Notes under the pieces: model-generated
Told to the model about the DNA's origin: nothing
Seen by the model: the letters and a program-made list of their open reading frames with translations, nothing else
Databases searched by the model: none
Source of the DNA: Vicugna vicugna
Taxonomy: Eukaryota
Reading direction: 5' to 3'
Assembly: GCA_013265495.1 (NCBI GenBank)
Contig: MU058844.1
Coordinates: forward strand, 9,878,184 to 9,942,183
Length of the DNA: 64,000 bases
Program-made: the position numbers and the translations under genes
In this document: positions 36,922-51,900 of the stretch, piece by piece
Numbering within the stretch: position 1 is the first letter of the stretch
Layout of the letters: each line of letters opens with the position of its first letter

Positions 36922-39900
36922 GGGACATTTTTCAGATTTATTTGAACATCTTCTTCAGAAAATAGCAGAGAGCAACCCTCCAAGGGACATATTTTAGGAA
37001 CTAAGGAATATATACCTCATGTATAACTGATGTTCCATTTTCCATCTGAAATTTGCAGGATACATTTTTGCAGGTACCACAACAATCATAGTCACTTGGA
37101 GATGGAGCGTATACCTGGTGCTGTGTGTAATAAAAATAAGAATAATGTGAATTAATCGGCAACAGTACTAATATTTTAATTAGTTAGCTCTGAAAGTGCT
37201 TCCCAGTATATCTAGCTGCTCTCTCAGAACACCTGTAAGCATTTCTAAGGTTGAATTTGAGGCACTTCAGATAGTAATTGACTTTATAGAGCTGTATTAG
37301 AAGTGAAATAGATGCCAACCTTTACGTTTAACAGCCAAGATTCATCAAGCAGGTCTAACAAGCTCAGTTCAAGCAAGCAGTACAGATAATAAGACCCCTG
37401 AAGCTCAAGGTTATGCACAGGAAAAGGACACAGCATTATATAGACAGATACGTTACACAATAATATATTATTGAAGAACTATTCAAGTGTCTGTTTTTAA
37501 CTTAGGGAGTATTCGTTTGTTCAAATTCTATAGCTGCCATTTTAAGATTAATTAACTGTCACCAGAATGACTTATAAAGAATACTTACAACATCACATTC
37601 TTTTGAACAATTCACCATTGTAAAATTCAAAGTGCGGAAGCCTGTATGCACATCTTTTACTTCCAGACACTCTACTGTGTAACAGAAGTCCCCTTCCACA
37701 TACTTGATCATAGATTGGCCAGGACTCAATACTGACATTTCTTGAAATACACACACATCATCCTTTTCTAAGGAAAGAAAATGGTCAACAAAAAGTACTA
37801 TATTTAATCAATCAATGGAAATTTTAAGTCTATGTTTTTATTGTGATGTGCAATTTTTTCAAAAGCAACAAAGATCTCTACCTTTATGTATTGTTAATAG
37901 CTCAAGAATTTACTTAATAATGAATGTAGATTTATTCCTTAACATATACAATAAGAAATTGATCTGTAAATGCTATTTATTGTTTGAGCTTCCTCTAGAG
38001 CAGATTTAGAGTAGATTCCAGAATTTTAGCCCAAAGTGATCATCAAGATACTTGCTGTTCTGTCTTCTGGAAACATGACGATTTAGGGGAGTGGATATAG
38101 ATGGAGGCAAAATCTAGATCAATAGTAGTAAGTCTCTTCCTGAAGGGACTGGGAAACATTTCATGTTTTTTAACTGCTATTTTGAGAGAAAGTTTTCAAT
38201 TTTATCGTGTTGCAAAATAAATAGTCATATAAATCATACTTCAATGGTGAAGGTAGCTGAAATAATGTACTATCGTATCTTTAAAAGTAGCTTAGGGTTG
38301 TCTTGGGCTAGAGTAGTGATGAAGGATTCAGCTCAGCAGCTCTTTGTGCCTTGTCAACCCTGAATTTAACTCTTCTCTCATATAAAAATACAAAAGTTTC
38401 AAGCTATGAACAAGAGTTGTATTTCCTATTAACCTACTAATACTTAATATGATGATTTGTTATTTCATAGAAAAATCAGCTTTATGCATTGCAACATTAA
38501 CATCAATAAAAATAAAACAGTGAGCAAAACTCTGACACTTCAAGGTTATCTACTTTTAAATTAAATTATATATACTAACAAGAACCCTACATCAACTTTA
38601 AATCCTGTGAAGCCTCTGAAAACAATCATTTCTGGTCCTATTATCAAATTTCTCACAACACTGAGGAATATTACAAAAGAGAAAGCTGAAAATAGTACCT
38701 TTTTGTACTCAAAAACTAGCAAATGGCTTAAAATGTGTAATACATCTCAAAAATTATTTTTAATTTATTAATAGTAAACAACAGATACCAATAATATTCA
38801 TTATCATTTAAAAGTTTCAAAAAGCATAGTTACCACAGAGGTACTGTACACATCCACAGTCACTCTGAAAGTTACGGTCTATTGCAGTAAATTCTCCCTA
38901 TCAGAAAGATATTATCATTATTATATGACTTGTCACATGACTTATTATGACCATTATAAAAAAACACACAATATGACATCCAACAAATTTCCTACCCCAC
39001 AGTCACAAAGGACGTGCATTATAAATATTAGACAAGCTTTGATTAACCCAGTGGTCATTTAATTAGTAGCCTCTGGAAAAAACTCAGAATAAACAAAGTG
39101 ATCATTGACCACTCAATTTCTCTAAACTTTAATTTTCTTATCTATTAAATGAGTGACGATAGGTAAGATGACCCTCACGGTTTGTCCTAACTTTAAAATT
39201 AATATTGTTTCATTCTGAGCTTCTAACGGACAATTAGAGGTAAGAGAATGCTTGCTAACCCTAGAAACTTCTCTTAATGGAAATGTTCTTGATCTGCTCT
39301 ACAGAGGTGGTCCAGGACTCTGCTGTCTGCCTTAGAGCAGGGCTGCTATAGCATATAAAACAAGAGCAGAACAGTGTGCTACAGTGATTAATGGCACAGA
39401 CTCAGGAACAGCCCTGCCCTTGTGCCAGCCTTGCTCTGCTCCTCACGGGCTGTGTGATCTAGGGCGGGTTACTTAGCCAGTCTGCTCCTCACTTTCTTCA
39501 TCTGTAAAACGGAGACAATGATACTGTCTGCCTCTTAGAATTTGTTGAGAGAAATAAGTGAGTCAATGTATGTAAAGAGCTTAAAATAAACTGACCTATG
39601 GAAAGTGCAATATAACCTTTAGCTGTTAGTAAATTACAGTCACGACCAATGCTTAAACTTTCCCTGATGGTATAGAGTACTCCCAAGTGTAGCACCAGGC
39701 TGAAGTTTTAAGAGCTGTATTTTAAACATCAACTTTTCCTGGGTGCATTTAATTTTCATAGGACATCAGTAATAAAAACTAATTTGATTCTTGACAGAAA
39801 AAACAACTAAAATAAATCCATCGTAATACATAAAAGGCACTTTTCCCTGTAAGCTATTAATATCGTACTTTTTTATAGTGCTTTATGAGTTGTAAAGTAG

Positions 39901-42900
39901 TTTCATAAGCATCAATGCACTTGATGTTTTACAACTTTTAATCATCACACAATTCCAATGGGATTGGAAATAAAATGTGAGCAATACAGAGTTAAAAAGC
40001 AATAAATCAAATTTTCCCACTGCATCAAACTACTTTAGAAGATTGGATAAGGAGGTGTTAGGCTGTCACGAACTCTTTTAAGTCACTTACCCACCTGTTT
40101 TTTAAGTTAGGGCCATGATGCCTACTGTGTCCTCTCAAGCTTTGGCTTAAATCTTCTATTCTTCCTTCTAAAATTGTTTTATTTAAGATCTTATTCACAT
40201 ATTTAGTTATACTTTTATTCTCATAAGTACCTCATTTCACCCAGAGAAAATAACTCCTTGATTGTTCTACCAATACCTAATATTACACCAAACATGATAG
40301 TATTTTTTTTAACTCTCAAGCAAGCATCCTTTTCCTTTAAAGTCAGTAGAAAAATTACCTCAAGCTGTTTCCACTTTTTAGCTATTATGAATAGTGCTGC
40401 TATGAACATTCACGTACAAGCTTTTGGGTGGACATATGTTTTCATTTCTTGTGGATATATATACTAGGAGTGGAACTGCTGGGTCATATGGTAACTATAT
40501 ATTTAAACTTTTGAGTAACTATCAGGCTGTTTTTCAAAGCAGCTGTACCATTTGACATTCCCACCAGCAATTTTCAGAAATTGGAGGGTTCCAGTTTCTT
40601 AACATCCTTGACAACATGTATTATTATCTGTCTTTTCAGTGAGTGTGAAGTGATATCTCACTGTAGTTCTGATTTTTAACTGATAGCTGATGATGTTAAG
40701 GAACTTTTCATATGCTATTAGCCATTGTATACCTTTATTTGGACAAATGTCTAAGTATAGCCATACAATGGAATATTATTTGACAATAAAAAGGAATGAA
40801 GTACCTTGAAAACCTTATGCTAAGTAAAAGGAATCACAAAGACCACATATTATATGATTTCATTTATATGAAATATTCACAATAGGAAAATCCACAGAGA
40901 TAGAAAGTATATTAGTGATTCCCGAGGGCTAGGAAGTTTGGAGAGAAATAAGAAGTGACTGCTAAAAGGTACAGAGTTTCTTTTTTGGAGGGGTGATAAA
41001 GTTGTTCTAAAATTGATCGTGTTGATGTTGCACAATTCTATGAACATAAGAAAAACCACTGAATTGTACACTTCAAATGGCTGAATTGTATAGTTTGTGA
41101 AGCATATTTCAATAAGGTTGTTATTTAAAAAGTAATACTGCACAGGCCTAACATAGACTTGTTAGATTGAAATGCATTAGCTGTCTGTGAATAAACTAAT
41201 GTTATTTTTAAAAAGGTATCATCTTAGACACCGAAACAAATATTTAGCAATCATTCAGAGTGAGTGCTCTGGAGCAATGGGTCAGGTCAATGTCTGTATA
41301 GAACTGGGAAAGTTAAAACTAAATTGTCTTGCATGGGCATTTATGTATATTCAGACAAGACCCTTGGTTTGAGTCCTGAAGATCTCAATCTATCATTTAC
41401 TCTCTCCAGACCTCAATTTTCTTATTTATTAAATGGCTAAAAATACCTACATTGTGAAGATTCAATGAGATAACATACAAAACATGTTATGTAAACTATG
41501 AAGAACTTGAGAAAAATACAACAGCATAATTCCACTCTTTTCTGTAGGTGTGCATACATTGCACACACAAAATAATCGAATGAGAGAATTTTTATGAAAG
41601 TTCTTTATAAAACTTAAACATTCTATGCAAATCATAGGTGGTAACTCATCAGAGTAGACATTAGATTAAAGCTTTTTAAAACTACAATTTAACTAATTTA
41701 TTTAACATGCAAGAAGCTGTGCATAATTGATGTATATAGCTTGACAAATTTGGAGGTAAGTATATATCTGTGAAAGCATCACCATAGACCTATCCATTAA
41801 CTTATTATTATATTGTGATAAGAACACTTAACATGAGGTCTACATCTTAGCAAATTTTTAAGTGTACCACGCAGTATTGTTAACTGCAGTCACTTAGCTG
41901 TACAACAGCCCTCTAGCACTTGTCCATCCTGCATAAATGAAACTGTGTACCCTGCTTTTTAAATGACACAGTGCCATCCTAAGAAGGGTTCTGTTGCATA
42001 CAGTTACATGCTTATACCTCCTCTTTCCCTAAAACAGATGCATTATTTGTGCACTTTTTTAAAGAATCACTGGGAAAATCTTTCAATATTGAGATAATAG
42101 ATTTTCAACATTGTGCTTTAAGACCAGTGAACTTTTAAGTAGACATAAGACTAGTAGATTCAATCACCATTGGGGAAAAAATAAAGCATTGCAACTCCTT
42201 ATCTCAAGTAAAATAAAAATGTTGACTGCTCTCTAATAGCAGAGCAGATTATTTTAATCTACTTCAGTACAATTTAATGAGAACAATTTCATTAACTCAG
42301 AGAAGAATTCAGAAATCACAGCAATAAAGGAACTGGAGAATGAACTGATATAAATTACAGTAAGTTTCCATCAAAATATGTTTTCTTACCACTTCACAAG
42401 TTGGCATAACAAGGTTTTCACAGCTACATTCTGAAAGGCAAAAATCAACATGTTTATATTGATCAGAATATATTAATGCATTGTAAGAAGACTTTAAAAT
42501 GGGAAAAGTAGTTACCACAATGCCATGTTGGACAACATTGACCAGAGACATTTTCTTTCACAAGTTTCATATCTTCTGCACAGTTGAGTAGTGGCGTCGG
42601 ACAAAGATTTGGCTCACACACTACATAGAAAAAGTATATGGGTAAAAATTAACTTTTAACTTCACACAATTGCTAGTTTTCACTAGCTACCATTTAGTTC
42701 ACCACCATTACTGGTGGAGTACATGAATTTGGATCTCCCCCGAGCTGCCCCTCCTGCCACCCCACAGCAATGTGTTGATCAGGACAGAACAAAGGACTCA
42801 CAAGCAGATACAACAACAGTAGTAGAACTAGGACATCCTCATTGGGTGAAGAGCCCTGGGAAATGGCAGGGGGCAAGGAGAAAAAGGGAGTAGAGAAGGA

Positions 42901-45900
42901 ATGGAATCACCTGTATATCTGGAAAGTCTAGGATGATGATAAAATCACAGTTAATCTATTTTGGGGAGGTAATGGTATTGTCCAAGAAGTGCTCTTAGAT
43001 GTATGAAAACATTACATACATTTAGTATGCTAGAACTCAACTAAGGTCTGACAGGACAGTACAGCTAAGACACACTGGGCTTTTAAAACATTAGATACAT
43101 CTAAATATTTTAATTAGTTAAGATATCCTTACCACAGTAATACTGAGGACAACAGAAGTGTGAAGTATTAAGATCCACAGTGAGAAATTCTCCATCAGCA
43201 CATAGTGGAATAGGTTCAGTGCAAGATTTACAAGCTAAAGGTGAAACAAAAAGGCAGAGGTCACAGCTGAGCTAAAAGCAAATTAATTGTCAGTTCATAT
43301 TCCTGTACACATATAAAGTCAAAACAGAATACATTAAGTTTACCAAAATAGGAAACAAGGAAAATAAAGATTTAATAGAAAACAGATCTCCTTACTTGGT
43401 CATAAAAACAACAATACTATCTGAGTGTATTGCTTTATACCTCCCCAAGCACAGTGACATAGAAGAACCATCTCACCAGAAATGTAGGACACTCAGGAGT
43501 AATTTGTTCTTGCTAGAATCAAAATACCATGGATTTACTTATTGAAGTTTTCTTAATTCATTACTCTTGATTACTCCAATATATGGATGAACAATACTGT
43601 AGGTACCTGTTCTTCTGAGCTCTTCAGCATCCCTTTCCCAACTTTGAGAACAACTCTTAATGAGCTTGAGAAAATGCCCCACACATGTAGTCTTAGAGTA
43701 ACTCTTAATAAGGGTACCTCATTCTTCCCAGGCCTCTGTGTAGGAAAAACCCACTTTAGACGAAACAGAATCTCTCGGTATAGCACTCTAATCATGAATA
43801 GAGGCACCAAGACAGGCAATCGATGTGGCTGACTCAATCATTAGTGACTGCCACCTAGAGCAGTGGGTTTCTCTCTTTCCCAGGCCTTGGCTGTTCTGCT
43901 TCGTCTTGAACCTACAAAATCCTGATCCCTCAGTCCTCCCAGTAACTGGCTGTGCTTCAGCTAGCCAGAATCAATCACTGGTTGCCACCTGCAGTCAAAG
44001 AACCTTAACTGGTACAGAAAGAAGTGCTTTGATCTTCACGGGTACATCTGAAACCTACACTAATCACCAGTCTTTGAAATGATAATTGTTCAATGACATG
44101 GAAAAGAGAGAATTATTTATTTTTCAAAGTCCACTTCATCAGACAGAATATACAGCCCCAAATACAGTCACTTCCCAGACACCTGTCATTTCTACCATTC
44201 TCTTTCTAGATCATCATGCTCACACAGGGTTTGCAGGAGAGGACGTTTTAAAGAGATACTCTGCTTAGCAGAGTCCTTTATTTAGTTGCTTCTTCCAGAA
44301 AAGCCAAGGCTAAATTCTTCTCCAAAAAGAACTAGGTGCTTGCCTTATTAAAAAAAAAACTTGATGATATTATCTTCATCATGTTTTGACTGACATAGTC
44401 TTTGTCAATAACAGGAAAGAGTATTAAATGTAATAATTGTCAAGAATCATTTAAAATGCTGTACTTTCTTTCCTACCATTTTTATTCAGTTGAATTGTAT
44501 ATAAGCAGAGTGCTACGTTACCATGAGTCCCACAAAATTCACATCAAATAAGAGCTTCTCCCTAGATCCTCCCTCTCCTAAGAAATGATCTCACAGAACA
44601 CTCACTACAGAGAGGAGAAAAGCAGCAAGGCTCTTCCTGTTGAACTTGAATCATGAATTGGTCTTCTCTGCAGCCTGGTATTGAAATATTTGGGCATTTG
44701 AATGGGTCACATTCTGCCAAAACACAAAGATATTTGGAAATTTGTATAGGGTGAGATGATAAATAAATGAAATTGTGTTTCAGTTCTCTTTGAATTTACT
44801 GATTCTTAGCTCATTTTGAAAATCTTAATCTTAGCAGAAATATATAGGAAACAGCAGGTTATTTATACATAAAATATATTTTTTTACATATATTATATAA
44901 ACACATGTAAATATACATTTTAAATATATATAACCTTCTATTAATCATATATATGTATATATATCCTGCTATAAAATCTTAGCAGAAATATATAGGAATG
45001 GCAAATTATTTATATTTAAAATATGTAAATATATCCACTTAAAATACATATTTCCACTAAAATTAAGATCTTTAAAATGAGTCAATTGTATACACATATA
45101 TTTATATAATATATAAATTTGAAGTTTAGATATATACATACTTATAAAGAAATTGCAGGTTTAAAAAACAATATCTTTAGCAAGACAGCTAGGTAGATGA
45201 TCTTTTATAGTAAATCATTTCCTTGTAGACTCAAAGAATGAGAATCTAATCTGCTATTGTAAATGAACAATGAACCTCATTCTTATTTTTCCTAATTAAC
45301 TACTCACCGCATTGGTACTGTGGACAGCAAGAGAGAGGGCTATGGCCAACGATCAACTTTTGACTGTTCGTACATGTTGGAATGGTAGTTTCACACAAGG
45401 TCATGTCACATCCTGAAAATAACAGAAACATTAAAAAATTTGTGACCGCAACTAAAATCCTGTGGTTCTAACTCAAAGCAGGGATATGATTCTCACCAGG
45501 CATGTTTTTACATTGCAATGAAACCCATTCAGCTCACAGAATTGTCATATGTGAAAAGGCAACAGATTTAAGGTTTATCTATCATTATTGCATTTGACCC
45601 TAAACTGTCATATGTCAAAGATTCCCAGATCCTTTATCTTGTCATGTATTTCTTAATATTATTAGTTGATAATAGCCAGGGTTTTTGCATACCTATTTGC
45701 AAAATCAATCAAACTATGGTAAGGTAAAATTTGTTTTGAGAAAGTGTATGTGACATTGACAGCAATACTTTCATTGTTACGTCAACCTGTACATTTTTTT
45801 CACACCAAGCATCATGCATGCTCTGCTTTTTCACAAAGAATATCAACATATTTTGTGGCATTAACTGACTGCTAAGGCTTCAGCCTGCATACGTACTGCA

Positions 45901-48900
45901 AACTTTCTTTGAACAGCAGGTCCACTTATCAACGAAGCCCAGGACAACCTCAGCTTCTCGTTCACAGATGGGCAAGGGCTCTTCATCGCAGTCAGGTTCT
46001 ATGGGAATAATGCTTCCATTCTCCAAACATTTGTACAGAGCACATTCATCGATGCACCCATTCCAAATCTCCCCAGCGGTCCGAGGCTGGTCTTCACTAT
46101 CAGTGCATGCTTAAAAAAATAGACAATGTTACATCATTTAGAACCTGGGCACTAAAATAAATCAAGCTGTGATGTTGATTTCAGACTGTAACTTGGCCCA
46201 GCGACACACGTAACATGTCACATTAACTACCCTTTCTCAGGTTCCTCTTTTCATTCATCAGCTTCTAGCTTACATTTTTCTTTAATAAAAATTAAAACAG
46301 ATTTTTAAAATTTATTTTTGGGGGAGGGGAAGGTAATTAGGTAGGTAGATATTTATTTGTTTGTTTGTTTGTTTGTTTGTTTATTGATGGAGGTCCTGGA
46401 GGTTGAACCTACAACCTCATGCATGCTAAACACATACCTTGCCATTCAGCTAGACCCTGCCCTCAATGAAATTTTTGATGTAGTTCATGGGAAATATTTT
46501 CCCCTTCTACAGCAATCTATAAATTTGCATGTCCTCTTCTACAAATAAAATAATTTGTTAATTATTTTTATTCATCTCAAGTCTTGTTACTATGATTTAT
46601 TCAGCTTGAACAAACTCAGCAACATAAATTTAAATAAGTTTTAAAAAATTAACTTTAAAAACTGAGTGATACTAGAAAACAAAGTAGTTTCTACCTCACA
46701 TTAACACGTTTGCCTTATCAAAATTTAAAACATTTCAGCTTTAAAATCTAAACATGGAAAGGGGACAATCAAGCAAAATATTCAGTGACTATTAGTTTTA
46801 TTATGAAAGTTTTACCTAATGATAAATATGGCTCTCTCGTGGTTCTTTTAAGAAATAATAAAGATAAATGTAGTAACCGTCATATTCCCAGCCTCCAACA
46901 AACTTCTCTTACATTATTCTATTTACTACCAAACCAATCTCATAGGTCCCTAAAAACAAATGTAAGCATGCCTGTGTATTCTCAGTCTTTCACAAACACT
47001 TTCTTCAATGGCAAAGACAAATTTGTTTCTGAAACTATACATGCACTTCACTTCTATTCGCCTTTCCCTTTAATTATTAGCTTTACTGCTAACCCTAACG
47101 ACAAGCCCTATGATGGATAAAGCACTATACTGCAATTTTCTCAATTTCACACTTCTTTAATTTGCAACCACCATGGAGACAATGTGTCAGAATAAAATGG
47201 TTTGAAGATGAAAATAGAAATATTCAGTGTTTCCTCCCAGAAAATAATGTTTCCTGACATTTTTTGAATGCTTATTTTTCTCTAGGCACTGTTGCAAAAT
47301 TCTTTGTATTATTTTACATATCTCCACGCTAACCTTGTGGGGTAAGTGCTATTATTTTCTTCATTTTGCAGATGCATGGCTCACAGAGGTAAAGCTGAAT
47401 CATTAATACATGAAATAATTGGAGTTTCAATTCAGTCCATATACTAAGCTCTTAATTCTTAATTGGCCATATTCTTTCCCAGTTACTACAGGCACAAGCA
47501 GAGATGAAAACACATCACCACTGAAGCTCCCAATTTTGATAACTTCAATTGAAATCATATTAAAACAAACTACAAACTCATTTCCTTTCCAACACCCAGG
47601 TGACCTTTGATCAACCTTTCTCAGCACATCTCTCTAAGATTTAAAAAAAGTTTCATTGGTTTATTTGCTGAATCCCTGAGACATCATTTTGTACTTTGCC
47701 GCTTACCACATTTTTCCTCTGGAATGCACTGGGCTGAATCTGGCCTGTGAAGAATGGTTCCATTTTTGCACACACAGTCTTCTCTCAAATTCAGACATGA
47801 AGAATGTCCGTAGAACCATCTGTTCAGACATGTTCTTGCTTCACAAGGTCTCACACAGGGTTGATATTCTTTCCCCTCTGGGCAACTCAGAGCTATGAAT
47901 AATAGAGGACAGAATTTAATGATGATAAAAGAAATTCTAGTAAAAGGAAGAGATGTCAGTTTTGTTTCTGAAAATGAATTTTGCACATTTTCAGTCTCCT
48001 CAAAGTCCATTTTTCATTTATTATGTAACTATAAATCAGAAATAAAGCAATCAATGGGTATTTCTGAGCATCTTCCAGCTTTCCAGCTAGTATTTTATGT
48101 GACAGTAGGAAAAGCTCATCTGATTTATATCAAATAAATATGATCAACAGGCAGCCAAATTTAGTTGGCATAAGTATGGAGTCCACTTTTGTGAAGTTAC
48201 TGCTCTGTGCCGCGGGAGGAGATACAATGGTCTATTCAGAATAAGCAAGAAATACATTTTAAATATGCAGTTCAACCAAGTCATTAAAACATGCTACTTG
48301 TTTAGGTTTACTTCTTCACTGTCACAAAAACCCCACCGCTGCCGAGCAGTTTCTAAATGATGTTTCAGAAAATTCTTGTTGATTTTCAGTGATCTTAAAA
48401 ACTCACACTAGAACTCATAGGCTAAAGGAAGGATTCCAAAATGGCTCTTGCCAGCACCAGTGTTATCACAGAAGAATGAGCTCCCAAAAAGGGCTGCCAC
48501 CAGCGTCTCCATCTCCTTGGGGAGTTCCATTTGCCTCCTGCTTCTCCAAGACGCTCTCCAAGATCAGCAAGTGGTTCTGACCCAGGGTCCTTTCCAACTA
48601 CCTCCTTTGCTCTGGGGCGTGGAGCATGGGAGATTTTGTGCACGCCCTGTAACAGCAGAGTGTCTGTTTCCTACTGCCCTCCAGCTCTCCCCAGTACAAA
48701 CTTTGCTGGTTTTCTAAACCAGAAGTTCTGGGAACTCATCTTCCTAGAGTACGACTTTCAGGCTGAAGAGCCTGATGTGGGGCTCGGACCCCTCATTTCT
48801 CAGGGAGGACATCTACAACTGTGGTATACCTCCTGTTTGTGGGTTATTAACCTGAGGGTGTGGATCCTGACTACACCACATCTCTGCCCCTCCTACCCAT

Positions 48901-51900
48901 CTTGGTGTTGCTCCTTCTTTATGACTTTAATTGTGGAAAAGCTTTTCTGCTAGTCTTCAGGCCATTCTCATAGATAGTTGCCCTGTAAGTAATTGTAATT
49001 TTGGTGTGTCTATTGGAGGAGTCAAGTTTGGAGTCTTCCTACTTCACCTTCTTGGCCAACTCCCTTACTTTAAATTTATACCAGGGTAAAAACAGAAGTT
49101 GCTTATGTAGGAGAGCTGACCTCTAACTATATTCATTTTCATTTTATTCTTAGAAAATTATTTTGTAATGAAAAGAAAAAGAAAAAGAAAGAAGCAAATG
49201 CAAAAAAAAACTGGAATGTTGGAAAATATTATTTGAAGTGTACAACTTACAGCAGTAATCAGGTGTTCTCCAAGGAATACAAATGTCAAACTTGTTGCAC
49301 AGAGCCACATACGCAGACAAGGCATCACACTCATAGTTCCAAAAATAGGTATAATTGATCCACATCTTTTCACAAAAGTCCTGTGGTGAAACCTAGAGAT
49401 ACATTGTCCCTTGGGATAAGTTAGGTTGTTTTTTTTCTCTGAAGGCCCTAAAATAGACTCAAACTATTTTGAGGATTAAAAGATAACAAATTAATACTCA
49501 TATGGTTCCTCTTCAGCCTCAGATTTTCAAAGCTTCATAATATTAGATGTCACTTCTGAATTTATCATTTTTAAACACACATTTTTAGATAACTATTGTC
49601 TGTACTAAACTCCATAAACCCATCTTATAAAGATGGAAAAGAAACAGAGTATGTGGACCTAGAAAAAAAATCTACATTTTTAGATTTTAGATTACAATCC
49701 TCTTTTCTATATACTGAATAAGACCTTGACCTATTATAGAGAAAGTTAGAAGCTTATAAAGCTTTCTGTAATGATACATGGCACTGCTCATTAAATGAGG
49801 TTATAAATGTTTCCAGAAAAATGTGTATTAATATTGAACGTTGGTCAAATCATTTATATAATTTGACATGGCTCATTTTTTTCCCTACAGATTATGATTC
49901 ATTTTGATCTAGAGATACCTGAAATCTCAATAATTTTACTTGTACTGACATTTACTCCAATTTTTCTCCCTACTCATTTATTCAGCAAACACATTAAGCA
50001 TCCATATTCAGATGCTAAATTCAGACACAGGTCAAAGTGTCAGGTAAAAATACTTACTATTTTTCATATCCCATCATTTCTTCTCCGAGATCCATATCTA
50101 TAAAAACCAAGATTCTACTTCCTTTTTAGTCTCCTTCATTGAATCTCCTCAGTTTCCAATCATTTTATTTGCATGGAGTACTTGCTGTGATCATCAAGAG
50201 CCTCCCACGTTGTCAAATCCAGGGGACGCCCTGATATTCTGAACCCTCCTCCACCTCTCAGAGGCCTGTGATGCCATGCATGCTCCCTGTTTCTTAAAAC
50301 CCTCTCCTTTGACTCTGAAAGTACCACACTCTGGTACCTTTCCGTTTGGTCACTGCTGTCTTTTCTTCCTCCCTCTAGTTCTGAGTGTCTGTCTAGACCC
50401 CATTCTCAGTGGTCGTGTCTGTCTACTATACCGCTCTTACTGGGCTCACCCATTCCCACAGTTTCTAACACCATCTTGAGCATTTACATCTTTGTGTCAG
50501 CTTCTTCACATGTTACACAGAGTTAATAATAAACCTACTACTACTGGAGATGGCTGTGAGCTAATATACGGAAAGTGTGAAAAGCAGACTCTGGCACATC
50601 ATTCATGAGTTACTGCTATTTTTAAAACTCCACATATTAATAACTCCCTCAACCTGATCTCTGGCCTCAACTGGTCTCCTCTGAGATCTACAATACATTT
50701 CTAAGTTTTTTTTTTCCTGGGTATTTAACTTTGATGTCCCACATGATTTAATTTGTCCAATATGAAAAATTATATCCCTTCTCTACGTAACCCACAATAG
50801 CTGATCCTCCATCCATCCATTCATTTACACATCCTTTCATCATTTATTGAGCACCTAACTACACATCAGGCACCATGTTATGCATAAGGCATATAAAGGT
50901 GAATAAAACAGAACTTCTCTCTGCTTTGTGGATCTCATTGTTAAATCCTTTGTGTAGAATCAAGAGGAGTCACCGTGCTAAAATAGATCAGAGGAAAGAA
51001 GTATTCTAGCTTAGGGCCCTGCAAGCATGAAAGCCCCAAAACCTTGAAATGGTGAAATAGTTGAACGCAGACTAGAATGCCTGCGGTGTACCAGCAAGAA
51101 AAGGGCAGCATGAGAGGCAGGCAGAAGAGTAGGCGGGCCAAAGCACGGAGGACCTTGTAAGCCCTGAGAAGTTTAGAATTTGCTCTAAGAGTTAGTGAAA
51201 GACACTGAAGGATTTTAGGTAGAGAAATAACACAAGTCTGTTTCCATTCATAAAAGATCTGCCTGATCTGTGGAGATTCACACATGAGGATGAAGATTAG
51301 AAGTGGGAACACCAAGTGACAAGCATTCCCTTCTTTTGCCATCAGATTCACCAGGAAGTCCCTAGGGGAAATCTGGGGCCATCACAGACTAAATGGTACC
51401 CTGTGTTGCCTCACGATGCCTTGAATAGTCAAGCTGAAAAGTCTCCTGGCTTAACAAACCTTCTAAATTCCCAGTTAAAAATGTAAAAAGACAGATTACC
51501 AGATACCAAAATGACTTAAAAAGTATTTACTCTTTTTTAATTTTTATATGCATGCATTTTTAGACAAAAACATTTAAAATGTTTTTGCCTGCAAATCTCT
51601 AGGTAAAACTGAAGCTCCCAAGAGATGTGCCATTTGTAGTCCATGACTTCACGTCCTTTGCTTTTTCCCTCAGGGAACTCACAGGGCAGGGTGAGAACTC
51701 TGGGGTCTACACTTGGTGGTCCAGCACCGGAGGCCCGGTGCAGTGAACTCCTCGTGCTTTGACAGTGCACTCACTCTCCTTCTCAGACTCTTCCCCTCCA
51801 GAAGTCTTGCACTGAACTATTTCAGTGTTGCCCTAACTCGGCCTTTTACAGCAAACTTACTCTTGCACATATTGTTTTCTTTGCTTAGGTTTCCCTCCCT

